Shown here one piece after another: positions 38,200 to 51,431 of a stretch of 64,000 nt of DNA. Each line of letters starts with the position of its first letter. The first letter of the stretch is position 1. The DNA comes from Paraspadella gotoi (taxonomy: Eukaryota > Animalia > Chaetognatha), in contig CM119266.1 of assembly GCA_051294375.1 (NCBI GenBank), positions 24,430,125-24,494,124 on the forward strand. The letters run 5' to 3'. The notes under the pieces are model-generated. The model saw only the letters and a program-made list of their open reading frames with translations, was not told the DNA's origin and did not search any database. The position numbers and the translations under genes were made by a program.

Positions 38200-40216
38200 A
38201 GGAGAGAGAGCAGAGAGGAGAGAGAAGAGAGAGAGAGAGAGAGGGAGAGAGAGAGAGTGAGAGAGAGAGAGAGAGAAGGGAAGGACGGCCCGGGAGACGC
38301 ATATCCGCAGCATGGAAGAAGCTGACAACGGGGACCGGGAAGTCGCTGGCGTCGCTGGTCGACGCCGGGTCCGGACCAGCACGTGCGGCGCGCAATACCG
38401 CGCCGCCGCTTGTTTCGCTCTAACTCCGCCCTATGGCGGCGCAGCCGTTCCAGTCCGCGCCTCCTTCGGGACGCCTGTGAGCTTAGGTTTCGGCCCTGCG
38501 CCCGATTCTTCCGGAAGGCGGCGGCGGTGAACTGAAATCTCGGAGCCCTCTATCCGCGCGTCGGCCCAGACCGAGCTAGGAGAGCGAGCAGGGTGGAATA
38601 GGAAGGGCGTTGGAAAGGGAAGGTTGGGCTGCGGCGTTGATGAAGTCCGGGCCTGTAAGACGAGGCAGCCGGGGTGTGGCGACAATCCGGACCACCGCTC
38701 CAGGCGGCTTATCCGACCGCGCTTCGTCATGAAGGAAGATGGGAGAGGAGAGAGAGAGAGAGAGAGGAGAGGAGAGAGAGAGAGGAGAGACGAGAGAGAG
38801 AGAGAGGAGAGAGAGAGCAGAGAGACGCAGAGATGAGTTACAGAGAGAGAGAGAGAAGTGGAAGGCAGACCTACTTCAGTTCTATACGTAGAGTCGCGGA
38901 AACCCGAAGTGCACGGCAGGGAACAATTCAGGTGCCGGTTGTAACCAATATTTCTTGCCGAAACCTCAATTCCGCCGACTCCTCTCTCCGAGGTACCACC
39001 TTTCCTTTGTCCCTTTTTTTTGTTTTTTGCTTCCCGGCGTTGCTCTCTCTACTCTGCTTCCGCTCATCGAATCTCTCATACCTCCTTATCCCCGGCTTCC
39101 CCGCCATCCTGAAGTCTCCCCTCGGGCCGCGTGTTTTTTCGTTCTTCTCTACACCGGCAACGTAAAGCGCCTCACGCGTCGAGTAGAAGAAGAAGGAAAC
39201 AAAAAGAAGACAACAAATCTCTAATCCTTCGGCTCCGTTAACCGCCGCCCCGTCGCGCCCGCCCGCCCGACACGGCCCGCCCCGCCGCGTGGCGGCGGGG
39301 ACGCCGCCGCGGGGCCGGCGGTCAATGAGCGCCGGCGACGCCGCCGGCGACGCCTGGAGCCAAAGCCTCCCTGCTCGACGACCGACAGATTAGCGCTCGT
39401 TAGCGGCACGGGGCGCCGATAGAGGGCGCCGGCTTCGGATGCTTCCGCCGTTTAACGCCGCCGCAGGGGAGAGGGGGAGGGAAGAGGAGAGAGGGAGAGA
39501 AGGGGGAAGGAGGAGAAAAGGGAGGGATAGGAAGAGAGATAAGTAAGGGGAGTTAGGGGAAGAATAATAGAAGAAAGAGGCGGCCCGGAGTTGGCGTAGA
39601 AGGTGGGAATTAAGATGACATTTCGCAAGCCCAGAGGGAAAAAGAGGATAGCAAAACAGCAAGAGTTGATTAAACTTAAAATCACGTAACAGAGGACATA
39701 GAAATGTTTACTAGAATAGAACAGAAACGACAGAAAAAACAGAGAAAATAGAGATCGCAAAAGGGGAAAATTGATAGGATTCGCCTCGGAATGGAAGGTG
39801 GGAAAGGAATTTCGTCTCAGGAGGTGCGGCCGCAATGAACCGGCAGAAACATCATAACGGTGGCCGATGTTGGTGCCGGTGCGCGGGGTCGAGCCAGGTT
39901 CCGGGGCCGTCGCATCCGACCGGTTCGCCCGGATCGGGAAGGAAAGGGACTCCCCTTGCTGAGGCAGACAATTCGATCAGGAGGCAAACGACGAACGACG
40001 ACGACGAACAACCGAGCGAGTGGAAAAGAACGGCCTCCCGAAAAGAGGCGGCGCGTCTTCGCCGTGCGTGGCTTTGGCGTGACTATGAAGGGCGGCGTCG
40101 GCCGCCGGCAGGCGCTTCCGGCGGCGGTGGCGGAGCCGACGAGTAGATGGAGAAGGAGGCGGCCGAAGCGGCATCCCAAGTGTGACGCTCCGTCCGGAGA
40201 AGAGTAAAGGATCGCG

Positions 40217-41071
40217 TCAGGAAAGAAAGCGGAAAAAGTTAAGAACAAATCCGGGGGAAGGAACGGGAGGAGAGGGGGAGGAAAGGGAAAAAGGAGGAAA
40301 GGAAAAGGAAAGAAGGAAGAAGAAGAATGGGCAGGTTGGATAAGAGGAGGGGAAGGAAAAGAGGGAGGAGGAAAGGAAGAAAGAAGGAAAGAAGAAAGAA
40401 TAGGGAGTTTTGGAAAGAGGGGGAGAGGAAAAGAGGGAGGAGGAAAGGAAAGAAATAGAGGAAAGAAGAAAGAAATGGGAGGTTTGAAAGAGGGGGGTAA
40501 GGAAAGAAGAGGGGAGGGACGGAAGGGTGGAGAAAGTGAAAGAAAAGAAGGCATGAGAGAAAGAGGGAGAAAGGATCGGAGCGGTGGATAAAAGAAGGAG
40601 AAGGGAGGAAAGTATAAAGAGAGGTGAAATAGAAAAGAAGAAAAGAGGTGGAAGGGAAGCGGAGATATATTGTGACAAGAAAAAGATCGGAAAGAATAAA
40701 ACTGAGTTAGGGATAGATAAAATAAAAACAGTGAAATTGAAGAGATAAACAGAAGAAAAAGAAAAGACTCCCGGCGAGGCGAGAAATGGAAGAAGGCGAG
40801 GGAAAAGAAAATAAAAGGGAAAAACTAAGAAAAGGTGGCGGGAACTGTGGGGAATAGGAGGGAGTGGAGCCGAAAAAAGAAAACTGAAGTAGAAAAAAGG
40901 GAAGAATACGGAGGAAAAAGGAGGAAATCCGAATGAAAAAAGGAGGAAAGGAAACGAGGAAGTAAAAACGTTAGGAATGGAGAAGATGAGATGAGTTGAA
41001 GAAGCTGCGAGTTTTGCGAAATTATGGCGGGAAAAAGAAAGAGTGGAAAAGGAGAACACAGAGAAGAAGGA

Positions 41072-41119
<48 letters not shown>

Positions 41120-41160
41120 GAGAGAGAGAGAGACGAGAGAGAGAGAGAAGAAAAGACGAA
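40217..41160. repeat. ~950-bp purine-rich low-complexity tract
   Basis: Plus strand overwhelmingly G/A (GGA/GAA/GA units); source of spurious F/L/S/P ORFs. Confidence 0.85.
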
Positions 41161-44004
41161 AAGAGTAATGAAACCCAAATGGAAAGACAAAACGCAAAGC
41201 AGTGAAAATATTGTCGAGGCCGAAAATATACGAAAAACGTCAAAACGTGGGAGAAAAATTAATGAAAATTTGTGCAATTAATTGTTAAAAGATTTATTAT
41301 TATTCGTTTTAAAATTCAACGATTGATTTATAGCCATGCAGAATATAAAGTAAAACGGCATCGTTAAAAACTCATATCGCAGTAAGTTTCTTTTTGCCGT
41401 TGCCTGTAGATACCGGCAATTGGTCCGATTTAATTTTTCAACATCGTAGATATTTCAAATCAGAAACTCAAGCTCGCGCCTATTACCATCTGCTTTTGAC
41501 CATCGGATCTTTTTCCTCCCGGCAGACAAAATTTTGAGGCAGCCGATGATTAAACATATTTTTTTAAAATATTCTTTTTACTAAATGCAAAGAAACGTGA
41601 GAAAGAACCCATTCCCCACCCCGCCCCGACCCTCTAAACGGAGAAGGCGAACAAAAAAATCTGTTTTCCCAACCTCAAAAAAAAAAAAAATTCAGAGGAG
41701 CGAAGAACAAAGAAAAAAAGGCCCCCGAAATCATTTTTCCCACGCCCTTTGCCGGCGGCTCAATTCGGAGGAAGGAAGGCGAGCGGGCGTCGGGCGGTCG
41801 TTAAGCGGGCGGTCGACGCGACGCCCCCGCCTTGATGCCGACGCGTCATCCGGTCCGGGTCCCGTCGGCGTCGCCGTCTCGCAACGGAGTGAGATGCTCT
41901 CAATCACGTCGGATCGGTGACTCGAGTCGTCGAGGAGGCGGCGTACGGCGACGGCCAGGAGCGGGCCCGCGTTGAAGCCGCGTGACCGGCCGCCGGACTG
42001 AAGCTCCGACCGCCGGCGCCAAGACAGAAAAAGTCTCCCTCCCTAAACGGTTGCGGTCGGGCGGCGCCGCCCTCGGTGGCCCCGCTTCCGTCCCGATGGG
42101 GTATTTGGGGATGAGAGGAATAGAGAGAGAGAGAGAGAGAGAGAGAGGGAAAGAGGAGAGAGATGAGGAGGGGGGGGGAGAGAGAGAGGAGAGGAGGGGG
42201 TTATTTGGGTGGTAAGAAGATCTATTCTAGCGCCTTGTTCCCAGCCCACGACTCAGACCCGCAGGCGACGACGACGCCGCAGTCCCTATTTTGCGTGCCG
42301 GACCGGGTTCGAGAGCCGCGCGCCCACGTCGGCCGCGGTCAGAGACGCCCTCTCCGCGGCCGCCGCCTCGTTCCCGCCCCACACACACCCCCCGGTCCCG
42401 GCTTGTCGGCATCCTCCCCGAGCCGCGCCGGACGATCTCTTCGAACTTCCCGGGCCACCGGAAGCCTTCCGAGGATTCGGCTTTGAATCCGCCTCTGCTG
42501 GCAGCGCCGGCGGACGGAAAGCGACGTAGCCGGCGGCCGGATGGCGTGGCGGTGGCGAGCGGGAGGTGTGGAGCTGTTGCCGATGTTTTCATCTCTCTCT
42601 GTCTTTAATACGCTGCTCGTTTAGTTCTCGCTAGCGCCGGAAGCTAATACAGCGCCTTTCTGCGGAGTATGAGCGGAACTAATCTTTGTTGGGGAAAAAA
42701 TTCCCACGAAATCAATAAAAAAAACCTTCCCGATTACTCTAACTATTAATGCGTCTGGAATTATTCCGTATCTTCGTCGCTATTGCATATTCTACTTTTT
42801 TTTTCATAATAGTCGTCTCGATTTTTTCTGTGTTTTTTTGTTCTGTTCTCCGATTCTTTTCTCTCGTCGTCTTCTCGCTCTCTCTCTCTGCTCCTTAGAG
42901 AGCGAGCTATATTGCACGTGCGGCGGACCCAGATTTCGTCACTCCTGACTTGTTCTTGCGTACGGCTGCCGGCTATTGTTCTCATAACGTATCGGGCTTA
43001 AGGACCGCGGACCTTTGACGTCGCAACCTGACGCCCGGGAAGCGGGTTCATGGGTCGGTTTCCGTCTCTTCTCTTCACCTCTTCTCTTCTGATCAGAGTC
43101 CGCNNNNNNNNNNNNNNNNNNNNNNNNNGATACCGACGGAGCTGAAAGTCGCGGATCGAGACTCTCTTTCCTTTAATCCCAAATGAATAAAAAAATGAAT
43201 AAAAAATAAAGTTAATTAAATTAAAAAATAAAGTAAATTAGCACTGCCAAATCACGAATTAAGGAAATAAATTAACAATTTTTGAAACATTCATTTAGAT
43301 TTTAATTTCTTTTTATTTATTATTTTTTTTAATTGCCTATCTTCCATGATTTTTAAATTTTTTGACTTATTCTTTTTTCCCTTTATTTTTGTTTACATTT
43401 TTCTTTTAATTTTCATTTGTTTTATTAGTATTTAATATTTTTTAACTGAAACCAAAAAACATCTATTTACAATTTGTATTATAAATGATTTNNNNNNNNN
43501 NAGAGAGAGAGAGAGAGAGAGATTACTCAGAGAACATTCAGCCTGAGAACGCAAAATGATATTTGCAATAATATTCGCCGATTATTGCAAAAGTAAAAAC
43601 TTGTTTTTCCAAATGTCTTTCAATGGCAACCTCAAAAAAATAGAATACAGGTAATCTGGACAGAAGATAAAAGATAAGTTTCCCAAAGGCGCTGATTTAC
43701 ATTTTTATTTACATTCAATGACAATCAGAAGACCCTCGTCCACGCCGACAACGTGACAGTTCATTGACTGCGGGAGAATCTTGAAGACCTGTGAATAGAA
43801 CCCGACGGATCATTTCTCTGAAATGCTGACCTCAGTTTTTTCTTTCCCTTCTTTCGTTAGTCACCCCTTTATATGCATTCCTTCTTTCTTAGTTACTTTC
43901 TTTTTTTCTCGGTTTTTTTTATTCTCTTTTTAATTTTCTTTCTTTTTTTTCCTTCTTCTTCTTTTCTCATTTCCTTTCTTTCAATCTCCCTGACTTTCTT
44001 TCCC

Positions 44005-44125
44005 TGTCACGTGACCCAAAGAAAAGTTAATGGGATTTTTGTGTTTTTTATTTGCGTATATAATGTCACAAACTTTGCGCGCGACTTTATAAAAACTTTA
44101 TGATAATAAATTGATTTCATACCAT
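44005..44125. promoter_or_regulatory. E-box plus homeodomain/TALE-type motif cluster
   Basis: Palindromic GTCACGTGAC 44006-44015, TTAATGG, TTTTTATTT, TGTCA, TTTATAAAAACTTTATGATAATAAATTGAT ~44086-44115. Confidence 0.35.
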
Positions 44126-44376
44126 TTCAAAACTAAGACGTCTTTTCTTTTTCCTTCACAACGTAACGCCCCACTCAGATCCCCTTCCCAGCACGCGCCT
44201 CTCGTTCATCCCCGCCGGAGTCTTTGTTCGGCGCCTCTGCCGTCACCCGCGATCATTCTGGCCCCCGAATCCGCCTTCCTGCGCCAACGAAGGCCTTTGG
44301 GCGTTTCGAGGGAGATTTGCACTAAGACCTCAATTCCAATCTGACGCCGGGATTTGGACGTTGGGGTTGCGGGACA

Positions 44377-44413
<37 letters not shown>

Positions 44414-47344
44414 GAGAGAGATGAAGAGAGAGAGAGAAGAAGAGAAGAGACGAGAGATCTGAGAGACAGGAGAGGAGAGATCGAGAGAGAGAAAGAGAAG
44501 GCGAGAGAGAGAGACAGAGACGAGCAAGAGGACAGAGACACTAGAGAGGAGACAGAAAAGAACATCCACTTTTTCTCTTAATTTTTTTTTACTTTCGAAA
44601 CCAATTTATTTTTTCAAATACTTTTTTTTCCTAACTTGTACGTTCAGACTGAAATCGAACCAAAGAAGTCCAGCGCCACCTCCGTCCTTCCCCCATATTC
44701 TCCTCCGCTCCCCCAACCCTCCACCCCCCCACCACCCAACAAACCTCGACCCCGAGTGAAATGGACGACCAAAGACCAATTGTGGGACAAAGTCTGGAAT
44801 TTCTTTTCCATCAGAGAGACTTTGGAACCATTTTCTGGTCGCTTCGGTCCTTCGCCTTCCGACACCTCTCGGTCTGATCTCCATTTCTAAATCACCTCTG
44901 CGTGAAAAGGAGGGGGAGGAAGGAGGAAGGGGGAAGGAAGGGAAGGAGAGGGAAGTAGGAAAGAAAGGGAGGAAGAAGGTGTGAACAAGAGAACTAAGAG
45001 GGGGGAAAAAGGAGAGCGTGAGAAAAGGAGGAAGGAAAGATAAAAAAAAAATTGAAAGAGGTTTTTTCGTCAGATTGGCTTTTTGTCCTTTTACACAGCG
45101 AGGTAACAAAATTATCTTTCAACGTCTTTTATTTTATTGTCAAATCCCGTCTTTTTCTTCCCCCCAAAAAATTAATTAATTAATTAAAAAATATTTTAAA
45201 TTAAAGGAAGATTTCGTGACGCCAGTTTTTTTTTTTTCAGACGAGAGAGTCAATCCCCTCGCCGAAAGCTTCCTTCTTTGTTTGAAAAGACAAAGGATGG
45301 CAAAAGATGGTAGAGGATGGCGCAGCAAAGGATGGCAGATGATGGCACCGAGTTCGATCTAAACGAACCTCTTTAGCGATCGTTGCCTTTTTTCCGCCGT
45401 TCGTTCATTCCTCAACTTTAGTTTGAAATCCTTTCCTCCCTTTCTCCCTCTTTCCTCCATCCCTCCTTATCCCTCTTCCTTCGTCTCCTCATAGTCTTCG
45501 TTTTCTATGAATTGGTTTCTCCATTTGAGAAAATAGAACTCAGTTTTTGCTAATGGCCTGCGCTATTCAAGCGTTATCTCTCTCTCTCTCTCTCTCTCGA
45601 AGACGTCTTCGTGCCCCTCTCTTCGTCAATCTCGCTCTCGTCAGTACTCTCGTCTCGNNNNNNNNNNNNNNNNNNNNNNNNNNNNNNNNNNNNNNNNNNN
45701 NNNNNNNNNNNNNNNNNNNNNNNNNNNNNNNNNNNNNNNNNNNNNNNNNNNNNNNNNNNNNNNNNNNNNNNNNNNNNNNNNNNNNNNNNNNNNNNTCTCT
45801 CTCTCTCTCTCTTCGTTATTTGAAAAGAGAGTCTGGAAAAATTAGAGAAAACATTAGAGGATTCTAATTTGTTTTTCTCGCGTCTTTTGCTTTGAAGGAT
45901 GTGGTCTTCATTTGTGTTGAAAAGGGAGGAAAGAAAAGAAACAAGGTTCTTGTCGCGGGAGGAAAACAGAGAGAGAAGGGAGCGGGAGACGAAAGAAAAA
46001 AGGAAAAAAAGAAAGGAGAAAAGAAAGGAGAAAAGGAGTTCCGTATTTTTTTTTCCTTTCCGTTTCCTCGCACCCGAAGCCAATAAATAATGAGAATTTT
46101 TCACCTCATCCTCCTTTTTTTTTCTCATCCTCCTCCTACTTCTCCTCCTCCTCCTCTCTTTCGTCTTCATTCCTGTCTTCCTTGTTTGTCACAATTTTCA
46201 ATTTTGCATAAAATTTCTATTTCTATTCGGGGGTCGTCCGCTTTTGCGTCTCTCGCTCTCACTTTCCTCTTCTTTCTTTCTTTCTTTCTTTCTTTCNNNN
46301 NNNNNNNNNNNNNNNNNNNNNNNNNNNNNNNNNNNNNNNNNNNNNNNNNNNNNNNNNNNNNNNNNNNNNNNNNNNNNNNNNNNNNNNNNNNNNNNNNNNN
46401 NNNNNNNNNNNNNNNNNNNNNNNNNNNNNNNNNNNNNNNNNNNNNNNNNNNNNNNNNNNNNNNNNNNNNNNNNNNNNNNNNNNNNNNNNNNNNNNNNNNN
46501 NNNNNNNNNNNNNNNNNNNNNNNNNNNNNNNNNNNNNNNNNNNNNNNNNNNNNNNNNNNNNNNNNNNNNNNNNNNNNNNNNNNNNNNNNNNNNNNNNNNN
46601 NNNNNNNNNNNNNNNNNNNNNNNNNNNNNNNNNNNNNNNNNNNNNNNNNNNNNNNNNNNNNNNNNNNNNNNNNNNNTAATTTTCCCCTCTCGCAAGAATG
46701 AGTTGGCAATCATTGCCTTTTTTCTCTTCAACCCAAATTATTCTTCGTAGTCTTCGCTCTGCATGAGAATAGTTTCATTTTCGTTTCGCTCTTTCAATTT
46801 TCAATTTATGAAAGTTTTTAAATTAGATATATGCGTTTCTGAATCTATTTTATTTCCTTCGTGGGTGTTCCTGCGTTTCAGTGACTAGTTGGTTTGTTTA
46901 TTTTTGTATTTTTTATAAAGATTTCACTCCCTAATTCACCTTGAACGAGGTACACATCGATTTTTTTTCCCCTCTTTCAAACCGAATCCTTTTCAACTTT
47001 CCCGGTTTTTTTTTCCAAAATTTTAAAAAGGAGATGATTCCGACCTTTGACACATCATTTACTTTTCCCTCGGGACCCGAAAGGGGGCCCGTCACGAGCA
47101 TAATGACCCTCGCTTGAGTGTCCTCGTTCGCCTCCTCTTCCCCCTCCTCCCGGTTCCATACATTTCCTTTTCAAATCCAAGAGGGTTGAAAACGAGACTA
47201 TTCATTCTCAATGTCAACACACTTCCCTATTTTTTTTTCTCCGAGCTTTTAAAGACGCGATTGTGTGAACTTTGGCCAAAATGTAAGTTTATCAATAGCG
47301 TGTGAATATCTGTAAGATAGAAGATATTGCAAANNNNNNNNNNG

Positions 47345-47375
<31 letters not shown>

Positions 47376-47694
47376 CCTCGCTAAAGATCCTCCGACCAAA
47401 CGGTTTTAATCATCGCCCCACTCAATTTGTCGCCGACTTGGCCCCATGACTTTAATCTCATTTGCATATTCGTGTCACGTCTTTTCTGACTCACTGAACG
47501 CTGCTCGTTCTTTCTTTTTTTTATTTGGATTTTTTTCTCTCCCATTTTCCTTTTTCTTTTTTCTATCAGACGGTTGTTCTCCCATCTTGTTCTTACTTTT
47601 TCATCTTATTTCACTTTCTCACTCTCGCTCTCTCTTTCGATCTCTTTTTTCTCTCTCTCTCTCTCTCTCCCTCATTTCTCCCCTTCGCATTCAA

Positions 47695-47803
47695 ATATAA
47701 AATTACGGCTCTCCGGCCGTAAAACTGACAATTAGGCCGTTAACTGAATTGGAGAAAGATAATTTTAACAGTGTCGTAACTGTATATAATGACGTAGGGT
47801 TCT

Positions 47804-47862
<59 letters not shown>

Positions 47863-47930
47863 AGCGAGTCAGTGATAAAGATAAAAGGGAAATTTATGGT
47901 CAAATTCATAACGCAGAGAACCATTATGCA
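47695..47930. promoter_or_regulatory. Hox/TALE-type motif cluster straddling a (TC)n run
   Basis: AATTACGGC 47701, GGCCGTAAAACTGACAATTAGGCCGTTAA ~47715-47743, GTCGTAAC ~47773, AATTTATGGTC 47891, TTCATAAC, CCATTATG. Confidence 0.4.
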
Positions 47931-48140
47931 CTCTTTTAAATAGAAAATTTCGCTTTAACTTATTGAGGCGAATTACAAATAAATATATGTTTTTTGAATA
48001 GATTACAATGATAGGCATGATAGATTGTCGAAATGACGGAAAATAAAATAGATTTCTTCCAGACCAAAAGTTAATAACACTCCCGTTTTCTTGTTTCGTC
48101 TACAATCTTATTTCGCGCTCTGGCGTTTTGCATGTTTTTT

Positions 48141-48173
48141 CGGGTTTCGAACCCGGGTTTTCTCGTCGAGACG
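48141..48173 (-). other. tRNA T-arm/B-box-like fragment (possible SINE piece, truncated by gap)
   Basis: Minus strand reads cgagaaaacccgggttcgaaacccg, matching GGTTCGANNCC with a stem; the 5' part would lie in the adjacent N gap. Confidence 0.3.
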
Positions 48174-49438
48174 NNNNNNNNNNNNNNNNNNNNNNNNNNN
48201 NNNNNNNNNNNNNNNNNNNNNNNNNNNNNNNNNNNNNNNNNNNNNNNNNNNNNNNNNNNNNNNNNNNNNNNNNNNNNNNNNNNNNNNNNNNNNNNNNNNN
48301 NNNNNNNNNNNNNNNNNNNNNNNNNNNNNNNNNNNNNNNNNNNNNNNNNNNNNNNNNNNNNNNNNNNNNNNNNNNNNNNNNNNNNNNNNNNNNAGACTTT
48401 TACGACTCTGGGTTCTTGAGACGCTTCCTTTTTTGTGAAGGTTAGGGTTTCGGGTCGAGACTGCAGACTCTAGACAGGAGGGGAGGGTGAGACTGTGATG
48501 TTGAGTAGTGAAAAGGGGAAAAGGGGTTGAAGGAGTGAAAACGGAACAGAGGAATTTCTGTTGGAATGACTTCTCGATCGAAAGAAGAAAAAAAAAGAAA
48601 AGGGGAAATATAATCAAAATGATAAATTAGAATTAAAAAAATAATATTGCAATTCCAGCCTTCGAAACGTGATTCGAAAAGCAGAGTCGTCTTTCAGTTT
48701 CAGGACCCCAATGCGTCTTCGCGGTTTTGGGTGCATTTCCGCACTTGATGTCCTTGGGTTTGTTTTTGACGCAGTGACCTTGCGTCTGTTGTTATTTTGG
48801 TTTGTGTCGTCGTCTTGACTGGGAAAGAGAAAATGGAATCGAATGGAACCGAAAGCAGAGATTTCGCTCGAGCGCCTTTGACGAAGCGATTGTGAAGAGC
48901 GAGTCGGAACCTTCGGGCGGTGACTGCACGCTATGGGGGCTAACCTCGTCCTCGTCCGCGCTGATTGGCGGTCAGCAGGCGGTGAAGTCCGTGACCACGA
49001 GTGAAGGGGCAGGCGCGGCAGCGGCGTTTTCTTTTGATGTCCGCCGCCCGCGCGTTATCAATTGCTCGTCTCGTCCGTCGAAGGCAATTAAAAAATTCGC
49101 CCTGTTTATGTAACAGTCCGAACCGATTGTCTGCCCTAAATTGTTATTGCATCTCCTCGCCTTTTACTCTCTCTCTCTCTCTCCCTCTACCCGTCTCTCT
49201 TCTCTCTCCTCTCTCTCTCTCTCTTTCTCTCTCTCTCTTCCTCTCGCTTCTCCTCCTCTCTCTCTCCTCTCTCCTCTCTTCTTCCTCACTCTCTCTCTCT
49301 TAAAAATATGTTTGCCAGATAATCAAGATACTTGTAGATCACCACGGATTTTGCACTCTCTCTCTCTGTTCTGTAGTGCAGCAAACTGTTTGGCTTTCCT
49401 GNNNNNNNNNNNNNNNNNNNNNNNNNCCTTCTGCTGTT

Positions 49439-49535
49439 GTCATAAATCATACGATAAAAAAAATAATACCGACCCTAAAACCGTGACGTCATCTTAAACC
49501 TTATTGGTCGAATCAAACGCTTCCTTTGACCAATC
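49439..49535. promoter_or_regulatory. Pbx/Exd-Hox composite site, CRE palindrome and two inverted CCAAT boxes
   Basis: ATGATTTATGAC on minus strand 49439-49450; TGACGTCA 49484-49491; ATTGG 49503 and CCAAT 49530. Confidence 0.45.
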
Positions 49536-49880
49536 GGATTTCGCTTTTTCGTTTAACATCAATAGAATTATTAATTTACTTAAATTGTAATAACATCCTA
49601 TGTCGGAAAACACAAAAAAAAAAATCATCAATCGTTCGAAAGCAAATAATACAAATTTCTGATAATAACGGTTTTATGTGTAAACGTTACAATAAGTAGT
49701 GGGCAAATAGTATGACAGCATTGTACGCTGTTTGGAAGGCGGGACCCAATCTGATCCCGAAATGGCCTTCGTTTAGGACTTTTACGACCGCACCTGTTTC
49801 CGACGATTCCTCATTCCGCTTTTTTTTGTGGGTCATAGTGACCCGTTAGGGTGTTGGGAATCCTTTTTGCTATTGCTATT

Positions 49881-49981
<101 letters not shown>

Positions 49982-50130
49982 GTATTATTATTTTTCTATT
50001 GTACTACTGATAACTGATAACCGATTGTTCATATTTCCGTCTCCCTTTAAACAACTCAAATGTATTTTGAGTTTCGCCCGTGTTTAAATATTTTCTATTC
50101 TCATGTGTTGGCGTATATATATACTATTCA

Positions 50131-50215
50131 CGATCGCTTCGATCGCTTCTATCGCTTCGTTCGCTTCGATCGCTTCGATCGCTTCGATCGCTTCTATCGC
50201 TTCGATCGCTTTGAT
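50131..50215. repeat. 9-bp tandem repeat (ATCGCTTCG)n, ~9 units
   Basis: cgatcgcttcgatcgcttctatcgcttcgttcgcttcgatcgcttcg... Confidence 0.92.
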
Positions 50216-51332
50216 TGAGAAATTGAGATGACCCTTCGTCAAATTTTATTTGTTCAGTTTTTAAAAATTAAAATCCGATAATTGTTTACGCAAATTTTCC
50301 TCCACTTTTTTTCAGCCTAATTGAGGATTTTATTACTCATTAAAAATATTTTTTTGTCTTTTTCCTCCGGAGACGAGAAGAGAAAAACCAACGCCGACTC
50401 TTTTTTTCCTTCGTTAAAAAACGGAGGGATTTCGGTAAATCGAGTTTCGGTCATGTTCGATCGTCACTGTTTTAAAAGTCATAATTCAAAGGCTCATATT
50501 GTAAGAGTCCAAAACTCTTTTACTTTACCTCTCTCTCGTATATTTACTTGACTTCCCTCGCGCTTTTCCTATTTCCCTCTTTCCCTCCTTCTCTCATCTC
50601 CTCTTTTCTGCCCGCATAAACGTTTTTTTTTTTTTTTTCAGTCGAAAATTTCAAATTTTGACAAATATTGTTTTTGGTGTTATTATGCGTCGATTCGAAA
50701 TAACTCGTCGGGGATAACGAGTTCTCCAATTCGCCCTCCAGTTTTTTTCTTTTTTCTTTTTCTTTTCTTTTCTTTCTTTTTTTTCCCCTCAATTTCTGAA
50801 TCTTTTACCGCGGATGAAAATTAACGTTGGTCGCAAAAATGAATCAAAATTTAAGTTTTTTATTGTTTTCCTCTTCTTAAATAAATCGAGGGAACTTTTA
50901 TTGAAAAGAAAGAAATAAAAATTCTAAAGCTTAAATTCGCCATGAAAAAATCCTGAAATTATGCAAATAAATTCATTATTTTTTTTTTCCTATTTCGAGA
51001 CACTAACGCCGCGTCGTTACGGTTCTGCCACCTGGCCGAGCCTGGCCTGGCCTGGCCTGGCCTGNNNNNNNNNNNNNNNNNNNNNNNNNNNNNNNNNNNN
51101 NNNNNNNNNNNNNNNNNNNNNNNNNNNNNNNNNNNNNNNNNNNNNNNNNNNNNNNNNNNNNNNNNNNNNNNTTTTATTTTTCTTATATATTCTGATTCTC
51201 CACGCTAACACCACACTTCTAAAACCATGCTTTTTAATCAGCCACTCTCGCCACTCCCACGATTTTCGGGATTCGAATCTGAAAAGAGATTGACATTTCG
51301 TAGACCGATTAAACGTGCAGGATCCGTACCTC

Positions 51333-51346
51333 TTTCTTTCTTTCTC

Positions 51347-51430
<84 letters not shown>
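51333..51430. repeat. (TTTC)n microsatellite
   Basis: Near-perfect tetranucleotide run. Confidence 0.95.

Positions 51431-51431
<1 letters not shown>

Noticed and set aside
34565-38325. YPWM-like strings (ccctatctggatggcc ~34569; atatccgcagcatggaagaag ~38301)
   Set aside because: Require several indels and have no supporting exon context.
38855-38930. GRQTY peptide as in Antp/Ubx homeodomain N-terminal arm
   Set aside because: Directly follows a GA repeat; helices 2-3 have no counterpart downstream.
40217-41277. Long F/L/S/P- and K/E/R-rich ORFs here and throughout the window, and all X-containing ORFs
   Set aside because: Products of purine/pyrimidine tracts lacking stop codons or of read-through across N gaps.
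42920-43070. Minus-strand RKP...YV...KIW-like homeobox resemblance
   Set aside because: No FQN, internal spacings inconsistent; within chance for noisy sequence.
44790-44900. Minus-strand MEI...TE...KWFQ peptide after a pyrimidine tract and CAG
   Set aside because: Lacks the invariant NRR and helix 1; insufficient for a homeobox call.
48802-49113. 103-aa plus-strand ORF with protein-like composition
   Set aside because: No ATG start, recognisable domain or splice sites; more likely GC-rich regulatory DNA.
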